Of a DNA stretch of 64,000 nucleotides, positions 24,276 through 39,378 are shown piece after piece. The notes under the pieces were generated by a model. The model was not told where the DNA came from. It worked only from the letters and a program-made list of their open reading frames with translations, and did no database searches. Source of the DNA: Eledone cirrhosa (taxonomy: Eukaryota); contig OZ024740.1 of assembly GCA_964016885.1 (NCBI GenBank), positions 196,726,001 to 196,790,000 on the forward strand, in the 5' to 3' direction. The translations under genes and the position numbers were made by a program. How positions within the stretch are numbered: position 1 is the stretch's first letter; the number at the start of each line of letters is the position of its first letter.

Positions 24276-25914
24276 GCATGTGTGTGTGTATATATATATA
24301 ATCTGTTATTTTAATAAATATTTGCTCTACGGTTCTTATATATTTGATATATATTTATCCTTATGGAGCCCTCTTTGGATTTTAGTCTTCAAATTTATTA
24401 TTATTACTATATATGTTTGTATATACATGTGTGTATGTGAATAGGTGTGTATGCCAGTTGTTACAAACATCATATCAATAGTGTCTATATAGGCAGTGTC
24501 ATTGTTTTTACCTCCCCCTCTCCAATAAACAACAACCCATTGCATTCTGAGTTCAAATTCTGCTGAGGTTAACTTTGCCTTTCATCTTTCAGAAACCTTG
24601 TGTATTTGTTTCAGCTGTCTGTGCTCTGTATTCAAATCCCACTGAAGTCAACTTTACTATTTATCGTTTTGAGGTTGATAAAATAAAGATTTGGTCCAAG
24701 GTGAGGGATTGGCAGAATTGTTTGAACATCAGACAAATACTTAAGTTAAAGTTCTTCTTGCTTGATAGACTTAATCTGTCACCCAGTTTAACACCACCAC
24801 CTGGTCCTTAGGTGCCTTTAGCCGAGTATACTCTGTTGCAAGCATTCAGGCCAGGTCTCCAGTTTGAGGATATCTTCTTCTTCCCTCCTAATAGTCTTTG
24901 AGACCCTGAAAAGGATCATAGGCATTGCCTTACCCTCCTTCAGTAAACATTAAAAAAGGAAAGTGTCTTTTGGATGGTGTTAGAGTAGTATTGAGGGTAT
25001 GTTATAGATGTGTTTGACTGTTAGAGAGTAATTATACAAGTAGTGGCATGAACTGTAAACCTTTAGTTTAGTGTAAAGGACTCCAATTTAAGCATTTCAG
25101 ATTTAATAGATGAAATAATAAAAATACCATAATATACTATGACCATTTGAAAATACTCTTCAATGCTACTGTCAAAAGAGAAGTAAAAATTACATAAAAA
25201 ATGACATCTTATAACAGAATAATTATTACGTGCCTTCAAAAATGATCGCTATTTATAATATCTATACATAATATAAAAAAGAGATGTTTGTTTGTTGGTT
25301 CGTTGGTTCCTTCATGCTCACTCACACAAGTGATACAAACATACAAATACAGAGATGCGACTAATCTTAGAATGCTAGACTTCTATAGTTTCTCACCACC
25401 TCCTCCTTTCTCAGTCATCACATAGATGTGTGTTGTATGTAATAATTATTTTTTCTAAGTGTGTCTGTTTATATATATGTATGTGTAGATGCGTGTGTGT
25501 TTGTAATTCTATTGTCTATGTATCTTTCTAAATAAACACACACAAACACATATACACTCATGCAAAAATTATATATAAATATAATTTTCACAAACACACA
25601 TATACACACACACAGAAACACTCACGTAATCATAACAGCCAATGTGTGTATCCTATTCGCTATACATATAGACACACAGGGGTAGTGAATATTAGATGTT
25701 GCCACCCCTCCTTCCTCAGTCATCTCTAGTGTGTGACGGACAAATACACAAGGGTATTATATATTAGTAGGTGCCCTTTTGTATATTGTATTAAAACTTG
25801 TATTCTTTAAAAATAATAATAATGACCCCAATGTTAACTTCAATTGAACAGACTTTTGCCATTAATGGATACTTCCCCTTATTAGTCCATTAAATCAAGG
25901 GTTATCTGTAGAGT

Positions 25915-26552
25915 GTATATTCAATAAGTAATGAGAAAATTTTAGGGGAAGCATTAAATATCATTCAATTAGAATGCTACTTCATGGTGAAGTAGACTTA
26001 GATATAATGTATAAAGTGGTAACTGTCATCTTCCTATCTGCCTAGGTTAGAGCGTAGTGGTGTATGTGGTAGAACTAGTGGGATCCAATTTGCTGATCTG
26101 GCAACATGTGGAAAGATAGAGCAATGTTACACTATTAAATTTTGTGTTAAACTTTAAAAAAACAAAAGGATCTTGAGGGCCAAATTATCAAAGTTCAGGG
26201 AGAAGATGAGGCAGAAGAGGCTAGAGGAGTGGATAGTGGTGGTTCCACCAGGACAATGCCACAAGTTACAAGTCGATGCTAGTGACCACCTGGATGATTA
26301 ACAGGGGCATGAAAATGGTACAACACCCACCCTACAGTCCCCGACCTGGCTCCATGTGCCTTCTTCCTGTTCCTACACATAAAAGACAGCTCAGGGGAAT
26401 CAGGTTCAAGTCAACACAGGAGCTGAAGGAGACATTGGCAAAATTCCTGATGGGACTGCAGGAGGTCTTCCAGGAGTGGGGAAGATGTCTCTGCAAGTGT
26501 GTAGATGTTAGAGGCCAATATTTTGAAGAAGACAAAGTTTTGTAAGCTTATT

Positions 26553-26614
<62 letters not shown>

Positions 26615-26686
26615 ACGTCCGCTTTTCCCTGCTTGAAAATAAATAATGTCTTTCCTGAAATTTTCTCATTACCTATTGAACATATA
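25915..26686 (+). mobile_element. Internally deleted mariner relic
   Basis: Inverted termini TTCAATAAGTAATGAGAAAATTT / AAATTTTCTCATTACCTATTGAA; remnants EQCYTIKFCVKL, FHQDNA, HPPYSP, KCVDVRGQYFE; (CAT)n retro-tail inserted at 26549-26636. Confidence 0.85.
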
Positions 26687-26717
26687 TATTTAGTATTTCT
26701 CTTACTTCTCTTTGTAG

Positions 26718-26753
26718 ATGTCTTCCAGTGAGCGTGATGATGCTAGGAAAGAA
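26718..26753 (+). CDS. NEK1: NEK1-like exon [12 protein letters not shown]
   Basis: tttgtAG / GTaagt; 36 nt, phase 0-0. Confidence 0.88.
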
Positions 26754-29700
26754 GTAAGTACAAGCTTTAGTGTTTATACTTGCAATTGCTGTTGTTGTAT
26801 AGCTCCCAAGTCAGTCCAGATTGAGCATCCTCTAATTAAAAGCACACTAACTGAAACCATTACATCATTTTTTCAGCCATAGTGTATCTAAGACTTAATT
26901 ATCCAATGTGTCCTTTTTTTTAAGATGGTTGAGTGTGATTTGAGGAAGAATTGGCTGTTATTTCTAGAAAGCTGAGGGACTGCCTCATTTGTTTTGATCA
27001 CATAAAGATTCCTTCTTATGCAATATGTTATGGAGGGGTGGGATAATGATAATTTTGAGTTAGAGAAGGATCGTTAGTGGCACTGTACCATGTAGCAGAG
27101 ACTAACTACAGTATGACAAGCATGGCATGCGACATTGGCACCACTTGGACTCAGAGCACTTTCTATTAGTCAGATAAGCTATCACTGGAGAGTGAAAAAA
27201 AAAACTTCTTCAGTTGTATGATCTGTCTTTGATTATTATGGGTGAGAAAGATTATGGTAGCTGGATCATTAACTTTTCATGACTGCATTTCTAATGAAAT
27301 ACACTCTATTTTAATTAATTAATGAAGAGGGATTTACTTAAATTATTAATTATTTCATTACTAAGGTAGTAACTTAATGTAAGGTTCTTATATAAAATAA
27401 TGTTGAAAGATTTTAATTTAAATTAAAAACCTTTGAAATTGATGGTTCTATTTCATAGAACCAAAACTGGTTCTGGCCGGGCTGGTAACTAAAGTGTTAA
27501 ACCACTTATAAATTATTAGACTCAAAGTAATTTGGGCAAGGGTGTAATTTCACTGCTTGCCATAAGTGCTACTTTCCTTAGTTACACCTCTGTCATTTAG
27601 GGTTATATAAATGTTTATTTCAAATTTGTAAAAACCAAGAAATCTACCATGTAGTACTACTTATTAGCCTTTCTTATGAAATTTGCTGCTGCCAAGTTTT
27701 AGAAAAATGTTAAAATTTCTAAGCAGTTGGTGAGCAAAAGAGGATACATGATGTAGTTGAGATCATGCCAAATTCAACTTAACATTCCAATGCTGATTAA
27801 AATAAATATGTACTGTAAAGTGGTTGTGTAGGTCTCACAACAAAATGCACCCAGCACACACTGTAAAGTGGTTGTGTAGATCCCATGACAAAAAGCATCT
27901 AGCACACACTGTAAAGTGGTCGTGTAGATGTCATGACAAAAAGCATCCAGCACACACTGTAAATGCGGTTGGTTTTAGGAAGGGGATCCAGCTGTAGAAA
28001 CTAAGCCCAAACCAGTCCTGTATGAGCAAGTCATGATCATCAGACCCGGCTTGTCGCAGAACGGGGCAACTCGTCCAACCCATGCTAGCATGGAAAATAG
28101 ATGTTAAACAGTGATGATGATGAATCAAGTACTGGGAGTGAATATAATGGACTGTTCTCTTTCACCAAAATATGTAACCATGTTCTTTCCTATATTAGGA
28201 ATTGTTATTAATGTTCTTGTACTTTTTTTTCTCTTTAAGGTATCAATGCTGGCAACTCTCAAACACAAAAATATTGTTTCCTACGTAGAATCTTTTGAAG
28301 GTAATTCTTTTTTTTTTATTGGAAGCTTATTATGAACAGAGAAATGACAAACTGATATCATATGTTCAATATGTATATCGCACTTTCTGCGAATTCAGAG
28401 ATCACAGCTCTGATACTATAGGCATGTGGTTAGATTGTCTAAGGAAAGAATCGCTGGACCGATTTTATGGGTAAAACCAACCGGCAAGAGATCCAGGCAT
28501 AGACCCCGAGCAAGATGGTTGGATAACATCCATGAGCTTGGCTGGTCATGCTTGGGGATCCAGCCTGGTCAGCTGGAGCTGGTTGCTTTTGACAGGACCC
28601 GCTGGAAGGAGTGTTTGAGGACTCTGTCCCCACGACCCTCTCAGGAATAAATGGGAGAAGAAAAAGAAGATATCGCAACTTGCTCCTATATATTCTGTAT
28701 TGCGTCGGTTTTATGCATTTCCTGTGGACACAATCCCTGCAAATTGGCTTATTGCAAAAAATGCCTTCATAACCTTTATTACATCTACATATTCCAGATT
28801 GTAAGCAAGTGCCGTTGTAATATCTAGAACATACTACTCCTTTGCAGTTTGTTCCTTTGTATCCAGACTTACAGTTAGAGATATTTGGTGAGATACATGT
28901 GCCTATGTCAAAAATTCTTATATCCTTCTTGTGTATCAACAACCCTGTGTTTTTTATTTACTCTTTTTTCTCATTTTTTTGTTTAGAAGGCTGACACTAG
29001 GTTTCTAGTGATTACATGGTTAGCTCTTTTGATAACAAAACCCCTGAAACTGCCCCTGGTTTTATGAAACTAATCTGTTTGTTTTAATGGGTTTATATTT
29101 ATCTAAAAACTTTTCATCATAATTTTATGTTAGAACCTCTGTTAATTTATGTTCCAAACACCAGCTATGTTACTAAACTTTCCAAATTATTCTAAAAATA
29201 GTAGTGACAGCAGCTTGCCTACATCAATGTTTCATTGAACTAACAAATGAATGAATCAATCAATCAGTCAATTGATATTTTATTTAGTATATCACATTGT
29301 AGAACAAATGTGTTGAGTTTGTGACCTGTTTTAGATTCTAAATGTAACCATTTTACTTTAATTCCACTTCAAGTACCCTTAAGAGAAACACATGAACCCT
29401 ACATACTCATGTTTTCTTCTCTTAACCTTTTAGCACTTAAACCGGCTACATCCGGCCAGAATTCTCTCACTTTTTTCTGTTCAAACAGGCCATAACTGGC
29501 TGCTCATACTTATGTTAAGGTATAATTCTCGAAATAAATAATATCAAAATCTCATAGATTCGATATTATGTGCGATAATTATGTGAGGTAAAGCCTTCAC
29601 CGTGAAAATATAATAGTAAAAATAGAGTAATGTGAATGTTAAAGGGTTAAATCTGAATTCTTAACAGCCTATAATGATTTAGCAGAAAATATTTAAAAAC

Positions 29701-32700
29701 ACAGGTTTATTAATTCAAATGATTATAGTATCTTTACTAGGGGATAGATATTTGTGAAAATTTACAATAAACTGATGTAAAGACTTCAGTTTTTGATGTG
29801 CTGTTTTGTACTTTTCAAGAATGTCTTGCTAATGTGATTTAATATGGTGCATGATGTTATGATTTAAATGAGTGTTTCTATCATCATCATCACAATCATT
29901 TTTATGTCTGTTTTTTTCATGCTGGTATAGGTTAAATGAGACTTTTTGAAGTAGTATTCTATAGCTTGATGTCCTCCCTGATGTCAATCCATCCTTTATT
30001 TTAAGTGTGGTACTTTTACATTCAGGTATAATGTTAAAGTGCATTCAGGTGTTGCTATCCTATCACATTGTTCTTGCTGTTTTCTACTCAACCCCTTACC
30101 AACATATATCATCTCTTGTTCCTCGTTTCCTGATGTCCAGTACCCTTGTTCTTCATTTCACATTCATGTTTATACTCTTTCCTCTTTCAACCTATTGGCC
30201 ATCACTTCCCTGTAATTCATATTTTCAGTCACATTTGCCCCACCCCACCCCACAAATGGAGACGACATAGTGAGAAGAGGTTTCTTTAGCCTTGTGTAGG
30301 AGGAGGGGGAGCTCTTTAAACTTGTTCCACGATAAAATGCACCTAGTAAAGTGGTTGATGATCAATCAGAGACAGCATAGGATAGAGAGGACTCTTCATT
30401 TTTGTTGACGACCTGACAACATACATCCGGTACAGTCTGGTTGGTTTTAGCGAGGGAATCTACTCATTGAAACCATGTCAAAAATGGAGTATGCAAGTAA
30501 TACATGGACCTTCAACCCATCTAGAAGGACAGTAACTCCAAATAAGAACTGACTTAGACTGTGACAATCTGCTCCACCGATACTAGCTTGGAAAGTAGAC
30601 TTAAAATAATGATGATGATGATAATTGTGATGATGACAACAATATATATTTTCTCTGCCTGCCTCTCCTTCACCCTTGATATGTCTAGCACTTCATATCA
30701 ATCTTTTTATATCCTTTATTAATTGGTGTTTTTGTTTACTTTTAGAATCTGGGCGGCTTTACATTGTTATGACTTACTGTGAAGGAGGTAAGTTTTAATT
30801 CCAGCAAGAATCAATAGTGAATGTTCTTCAAATTAGAATATGAAACTGCAAAGGTGTTTTTTTTTTCCGACCTTGCAGTCCTTAAAATACTCTAGCCCAC
30901 TTTCCACTGCACTGCATTTTGACCCTATTATTTTATTGCCTTGTACAACAACCATATTAGTGAAGATATCATACTATATTATATGAATTAATACATTCAA
31001 TATTTAAGTCTTGCATTGATGGAAATTTTGGGAACTAAAATTCAAGTTAAAGATGGAACACATGACAAAGAAATGGGGTATTATAATTTGATCCATATTA
31101 ACTTTTAAGTTCAGTTTATATGAATACATGAGGCATCAACTCCACTATAACTAAAACCTCATGTATTCTTATGAAGATTTAAACATCATTATAAAATGTT
31201 GTTCACAGTCAGATAACGAGCTTGACAAATAATATTACATGAAATAAATAAAAACATGATATATGACATTTTGTATTTACATGTGTATATATGAAGTATT
31301 TATGTGTATATATTTGAAGTATTTATGTGTATGTATATGAAGTATTTATGTGTATGTATATGAAGTATTTATGTGTATGTATATGAAGTGTATATAAGGC
31401 GGCGAATCAGCAGAGTCATTAGAACATCGGATAGAATGCTTTGCCATATTTGTTCCAGCTCTCTGCTCTCTGTGTTCAAATTCAAACTTTGCCTTTCATC
31501 CATTCGAGGTCGATAAAGAAGTACCAGTCTAGTACTGGGGGTCGATTCTTCCTCTATATTTCTTTCTCACTTCCATTCTCTCACTCTCTATCATTCAGGA
31601 AGAAATAGACCAGGTTTAGAAAGAATGTCCAAGAAATGTCCTATGTCAATACTGCACCCCTATGACTCCCTCGGAAGTTACAGGACAATGCAATGCAATA
31701 TGAAGTGTATAAAGGTGGTGGATTGATAGAAGTGTTAGATCATCAAAGAAAATACCATACAGCTCATTTGTTTTGTGTTCAATTCCTGCTGAGCTCAGCT
31801 TTGCTTTTCACCCTTTCAGTGTCAATAAATTACGCATCTAGAGTGATGGACTGATTCAATCACTTATTGTTCTGGTATTTTGTATTCAGAGTTCAAATCC
31901 CACACTAACCTATCAGTTATCATGCAAAGGATTGGATCCCTACCATGCCCACTCCTATAGTTAACCATGGGTAGCATTAGAACAATCCATGGTATTCAAC
32001 TTGCTGAGAGCAGATGATATCTGATGATGATATGAAGTGTGTAAGAAGTATTTATACACATGGTGTATTTAGGAATGTTCACATGGAAATTGAGTGATGA
32101 TTCTTTTCATAAACTTTCTCACTGTTTTTTCATTCTAGGTGATCTCTATTCTAGGATTAATGACCAGAAAGGTGTGGAATTCTGTGAAGAGCAGGTAAGT
32201 AACAATTTAATCACATTTATTGCATTAACTTGATGTATATGAATCCTTTTTTTTTTTTTTGCATTCTGTTCCATCATAGATTATGTAATTCTGATCATTT
32301 GACATATTTTTTACATTTCTTAGTGTGTGGAAAGGGGCTGTGCTCAATCTATTTTATCCTATCTTAAATTGGGATAGGAAGCAGCATGGCTGAGTGGTTT
32401 AGAAATTGGGTAGAGGGAACCTGTGCTGAAGCCAATCAGATGGACTGCATCTGAAATTCAAAGGGCCAACCTTGTCACACTGTATCACACTGAATCTCCC
32501 TAAGAATTACATTAAGGTTATATATGTTTGTGGTACACTCAGCTTCTTACATGTTAATTTAGTAAGTAGGCTGATTTGTTGACTAAACACCTGAAACATT
32601 CATAATTAAAACTAACAGAGATCTTCAACAGCTAAATAGATTTGGGTAACTGGTTGAATTTATTGTGAATGACAACCCATGCAAGTGTGGAAAAATGGAT

Positions 32701-35700
32701 GTAAAATGATGACGATGGTGATGACATTTAGTTTGATTTGAATTGAGAAGTTATTGGGAAAATAAGAGATAATGGAGTTACAAAGAGAAGAATGAAGAGT
32801 AATGGTGTGTTTATTAAACAAGATTTATATTGAGATATCTTGAATGAATTGAGAAAGAAAATTGAATATATTTTGTAGGTTTAGCTGTTGGAAGTTACAT
32901 ATAGAGAAGCTTAAGATTTTGGAATATGAATTTCAAAGCTTTTAAGTCCTTTTTTAACATATATCTTTAAATCATGTGTGTTGTATCATGTCTAACATTT
33001 AGGTAGATACATAGAGGATAATAAAGTGGTGGGACTCATTTAAGAATTTGAACCCATAATTCATGTATACATATTCCAGTATGCTAACAATTACTCTGTG
33101 ACTGTATCTGATATAAATTCTATTTTATGAACAAAGTTTACTTGGAGTAGTAATTGCTAGTCATATTAGACTCAAGGACAGTTGATTTCACAACCATGAA
33201 ATTCCCAGTTTAATGCTATGGCATCGATTCTTGGATAAGTATCTTTCACCATAGCATTGGTTTCATCACATCACATTCTCACAACTGGTGCAGAGTGTCA
33301 CTCGAGATTCTTTCTTTGTCAGCCATCAGCACTGGTCTCTAATCTCTGTCATGCGTAGAAGGGTCTTGGTGTTGTGACCAGTCCAGTCTTTGATGTTGTC
33401 AGACCAGCATTTTCTTTGTCTGCCTCTCTGCTCTCCCTCAACTGTATCCTGAAGGATGGTTTTAGATAAGGAGTTGTGGTGGGATACATGACCATACCAG
33501 GCAAGCTTGTCTTTTCACCATTGCAAGGAGGGGTTCCTGTCTGCCAGCATGTTGGTTAACTGGCTGCCTGACAAAGCTGTTTGTTTTGTTCTCTTTGTAT
33601 AAGATGTGTAGCATCCTTCTGAGGCACTTGTGCTTGAATACCTGGATTCTTTGTTCCATATCAGCTGTGAACGTCCAACTCTGTCACCCATGAATGAAAC
33701 CAAGTAGACATAAACAAATTGGAAGTCAGTCAAATGATTTGTACTTCTTATTCAAGTCCTAACCATGCTATCGTGGAAAATTGACATTAAACGATGATGA
33801 TGAGGATGATTTAAAGGACTAGCTTTGTTACATAGTGTTACACAGAATCCTCCTGAGAATTTCATTAAGGGTACACATATCTGTGGAATATTCAGCCCTT
33901 TAGTGTTGTCTTTGGTGTTTTACTGCCCCAGGTTGAGACTAAATGTTAATTTTTCAAAAACATTGTTTAAAATAAAATAAAAAAAATAATTTGATCAAAT
34001 TTTCTCTATTTACTTTCTCTGAAAGTGTGCTTCAGAAACATACCAGTATGTCTTTGGTGTACAAGAGGTGGCATGTAAAAGACATACCAATAAGTTTTTG
34101 GCAGTCAAAGAGTTAATTTCACAAGTAGGCTGTTTCATTGATCGAACAACTGGAACCCTCAATGATGCCAGAAGAGGTTCATTTACTTACTTACTATTCA
34201 AACTACATGTGGTACCTGCCTATTGGGATCTTATTTATCCTGTGTATATCCTTCTGGACTCCCTAACAAAACAAATATGATGAAGTCTTTCAGTTTGTTA
34301 AATGATTTTCCTTCTGATAAGCTTCTATGTTAAAATAGCCTCTGCCCCTTCAAATGTCATTTTAATCACACATGTGCCAGTGATAGAGTCTCTACACAAT
34401 CAATCAACCTTAGCAACAGAATCTTCCTCAAAGCACACGCTGCCATTTTAAAATGGAAGCGAAAGATGGGATGGTCACAACTACAATGGAATATCTTTGA
34501 TGTCTGCTTGATCAGACATGACCCAGGGTTAAACAACATCAACTGATTCCACTGTTATTTGATGGTAGTGATGTTGTTGATGGTGGTGGTAGTAGTGATG
34601 TTGTTAAGGATGAGCTGTTGTTGTCATCATTGTTTGTGGTAGTAGAATGTTGCTGGCACTAAGATGTTGTTATTGGTGATAGATGATGTACAAGAAACAG
34701 CTTTTAAACTCATTCTCTCGTATATTATAATTGAGAAGTTTACAGTTTTAAAACTATTTACCTATAAAAGTAGTTTCTGCAAAAGTATACAAATGTCTAA
34801 GTTTTCAAAGATCATGTAAAATTGGATGTAAAAAATGTAAAGCAATTTAAATATTTTATTTCTGTCTCAGGATCTTTGTATTTTTATTTTCTAGATCTTG
34901 GATTGGTTTATTCAAATATGCTTGGCTGTGAAACATATACATGACCGAAAAATCTTACACAGAGATATAAAATCTCAGGTAATATTGTTTTACATCTGTT
35001 TTTCCATACTAGCATGGCTTGGATTGGGTCTTTTTGAGTACAGCGTTTTATCACTTGTTGGAGTCCTTGGTCTGGGGCAGTTGATTGGCAGAATCTTTAG
35101 AGCATCGGACAAAATGTTTTGCAGTATTTGTCATAGTGTTCTATATTCTGAGTTCAAATCTTGACAAGGTTAACTTTGCCTGTCTTCTTTGAGGGTCAAT
35201 AAAATAAAGTACTAGTCAAATGCTAGTGTGATTTAATCAACTAACCCTTTCTCCCAAATTTCTGGCATTGTATCTATGTTCGAAATAATCATCATCATCA
35301 TTATTTCTACTATCAAAGAGTGATTCTACATTTTGAGTACAAATTCTGCCTTTTATTGTTCTGGGATCAATAAAATAAGTAGCAGTCATGTACAGAGATC
35401 AGTTCAATTGGCTGTACCTTTTCCTAAAAAGAAATTATTATTAAGATAATCAACTCTTAACAACCTGTTCCACATTAAGCCATATTAATAAGACATTTTT
35501 GAAATGTACAAAACAGCACTATGACTGCATCACATTAAAAATTAAAGTATTACTTTAGTTTATTGAAATTTTCACAATTTACCCATTAGTGAAAAAAAAA
35601 AGGAATTGACTGACAAGATAGCAGACCTCATTTGCATACTGAGTGGGATGGAGCTCGTCAAATCGGACCAAGGAAACAATGTTTCCATTGGTCTTTTCTA

Positions 35701-38700
35701 TTGCTGATACTATCTACTAGTTGCAACTCCTGGCAAAAAGAGCAACATGTAATAAATGTCTTGCCCATGACTTAATGCATCACCTGGTGCAGGAATCGAA
35801 CTCACAACCTCATGATTGTGAATCTAATTCTCTAACCACTAAGCCTTCACATCCATTAGTAAATATACTATAAACATTTGAATTAACAAACCCATTTTTA
35901 AATATCATTACATGATGTTAAGAGGTAAGGCTAGTGAATTGGCAGAATCTTTAGAGTCTTTGATAAAATGTCTTGTGGTATTTATTTACAGTTCTTTATA
36001 TTATGAATTCAAATTCTCTCAAGGTCAACTTTGCCTTTCATCCTTCTGAAATAAAATACCAGTCAAATATTGGAGTCTATATAATTGACTGATCCTTCCC
36101 ATAAAATCCCTAGTCTTGTGCCTAAATTAGAAACCGTTATGTCATTTTCTCGGGTGGTGGATTGGTAGTATTAGCAGAGCATCTGACATGCTTTGTAGCA
36201 TATAGTTACATCTTTTATATTTTGAGTTCAAATCCTGAGCTTAGCTGAGCCTGTCATCCTTACAGGGCCAACAAAATAAAGTACCAGTAATGGACTGGGA
36301 TTTACTAAACCCCCCCCCCCCCCCCCCCAAAAAAAAAAAATTGTTGGCCTTGTGCCTAAATCAAAAACCATTATTTATTATGTCATTTTTGTTTTTAACA
36401 CTATTATTGTTAAGACTAATGGTTATTGTTAATATTTTATTATCTTCAGAATATATTTTTAACTAAAGATGGATCAGTGAAAATTGGAGATTTTGGTATT
36501 TCTAGGGTGTTAAACAGGTAACTAAGGTATTCAATAATTTATCTCTGATTCCTTATATTGAATCAATTCCTCCTGGTTTCTGTGACATTAAACGACTAAA
36601 AGTACATGACTCCCTCCTGGACAGGGTGCCAGTCTATCCCAGGGTTAAACCTCCAACTAGTGCTGGTACACATTTTCAGCTGACTATATTGGAGCAACAT
36701 GAAATGAAGTGTTTTGCTGAAGAACACAACATAACCCTATCCAGGAATCAAACCCATGGCATTATGATTGTAAGTCTAAAACCATTACCATTAGGCCACA
36801 TACCTCCACAACACACATATTGCAGAATCTGTAATATAATACTTACATTGTAATATCTATAATACAACACATATTGTAATATCATTGTTGTATATGTAAT
36901 ATTTACTTACATTACAGTATATGTAATATGTGGTTGAATGGTTAAGGAATTCACTTAGCAATCATTAGGTCCCAGGTTCAATCCAACTGCATTGCATTTT
37001 GGGCAAGTGTCATTTACCATAGACTAGAGTTGACCCATGCCTTGTGAATGAAATTGGGTAGACAGAAGTTATTTGGAATCCTGTCAGATGGACTGTACTT
37101 GTGATGCAAAGGGCCAGCCTTGTTGCACACTGTGTCATGTTGAATCTCCTTGAGATGACATTAGCTCTTTAGCATTTAAATCGGCTGTATCCGGCCAGAA
37201 TTCTCTCACCTATTTCTGTTCAAACCAGCCATAACTGGTTGCTCATACTGATGTTAAGATATTGTTCTCAAAATGAATAACATCAAAATCTCATAGATTC
37301 GATATTATGTGAGGTAAAGTGTTTACTGTGAAAATACAATAGTAAATATAGAGTAATGTAAATGCTAAAGGGTTAAGGGTGCTTATGTTTGTGAAATGTT
37401 TAACCACTTACACATTAATTTCATAATTTGATCGAATAACTGGAACACTCTTCATCTAAACCAACAAAGGTCTATTCCTTTATCCTTCTGTGTAATATAA
37501 CACACACATATTACATGACCGTTTATATAGCAAAGAGATGATTGTATTTTTCTAACATGTTTTAGTACCTGTGATATGGCAAAAACTTGTATAGGAACGC
37601 CTTTCTACCTTTCTCCAGAGATTTGTGAAAATCGGCCATATAACACTAAAAGGTTTGTAGCTTTCTCTTTTGTTTGTTTCCTTATTTCAATAAATTTGAG
37701 CCATATTTAACTTTTCTAGATGCTATGCTTTGCAGCATGGAGTTACGGCCCTTTACGGTCTCAATTAAAATTCCACCATGGTTAACTTTGCCTTTCATCC
37801 TTACGGGGGTCGATAAAATAAAGTACCAGTAATGCACTAGGGTAATTGCTGGCCTTATGCCAAAAGAAGAAACAATTATTTCATCCTCATAGAGAAATGG
37901 ATTGGCAGAATCATTAGAGCATCAAAACAAAATAAATACAATAAAGAATGGAAGTTTTTTCTATCTTTTTTTCCCTATAGTTATATAACCATATCTTCTT
38001 TATATATATAGATATAATTTATGCAAGCATGGAAAAGTGGACGTAAAAACGATCATGATGAGGATATTTTTTCTTGATTCTGATTAGTTCATCTGTAAAA
38101 GAAAAAATGTAATGTCAATTTTAGTTCAGATGATATCATTCAGAAATAATAAATAGCTATTCCTAACATGGTTTTGTCTTATTAGATTTCTGAGTATCAT
38201 TGAAAATGTTAATTTGTTTTGTATATTAGATACAAACATGATTTATGTGGTTATAAATTTACCTCACAATCATGAGGTTCAAAGTTTGATGTCACTGCAT
38301 ATAATTCTTGGGCAAGTTTCTTTTACCATAACCGCGAGTCTATTCAAGACCATGAGTAAAATTGGGTAGATGGAATCTGTGTGGACGCCCCAAATTGGAT
38401 TATATCTGTAAATCTGTCATATTTGGTACCTGTAATTATGTCATGTTTTGTCCCACCAATTCTGCTTGAGGATTATGTTGTGGGTATGCATGTCTCTGGA
38501 ATACTCAACCACCTACCAGTGGTACATCCAGTTGATTGGACGACTGAATGCTCATTGTTGGAACTGACAGAAACCCCCTCATATTGATTTTAAAAACTGT
38601 GAATATCTTTGTCTTTCTCTCTATATATCTCAAACTGTCCCTCATCTTTAACAGTGATATCTGGTCCCTAGGTTGTGTTCTCTATGAACTTACCAATTTA

Positions 38701-39347
38701 CGTCACCCGGTAAGGATGATTTTAATTTATATTTTCTTTGAAAAACATTTTTTTTTTCATTACCCTGTTTTATTCTTTTTAATTTGTTTAAAAGTCCATC
38801 ACATTAGTAAAAAAGACCCCCCCATAAATCTACTAGGTCAAGAGCAGAAGATAAACTAGACTTGCTGTCTCTAGTAGACAACATATTATTGGTCTATCAC
38901 CTCCTAGGCAAACATTTGGAGCAATGTTTATTTTAGTAGTTGTGGCTGTCATAGTTTGCACTTCATATAAAAGATATCCCCCTTTTCTCTAATAGAACAG
39001 CTCGTCAACTATACACCCAAAATGTCTAGGGTGAGGGATTGGCAGAATTGTTAGTATCAGACAAGATGCTCTGCAGTATTTGTTCTGGCTCTTTACATCT
39101 TGAATTCTTGGGTGGTAAAATAAACCATTGCTTGGATTAACAACACAACCTGCTCCTTGTGTGTCTTTAGCAGAGTTCACTTTGTTGCAAAGTATTGAGG
39201 CTAGGTCTCTGGTTTGAGGATAAGTTCCTCACTTCCTCCTACCCATCTTAGATGCCTTAAAAAAATAAAAAGCTCATCAGTGTTACCTTCTACTTTCTTC
39301 TTCTTCTTCTTCTTCTTCTTCTTCTTCTTCTTCTTCTTCTTCTTCTT

Positions 39348-39378
<31 letters not shown>

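Noticed and set aside
25261-25770. Helitron-like 5' ends on both strands
   Set aside because: No matching hairpin-CTAG 3' ends identified.
26411-26614. Poly-Met, poly-Phe, poly-Arg and (YI)n ORFs here and elsewhere in the track
   Set aside because: Translations of (CAT)n, (TTC)n and (TA)n microsatellites.
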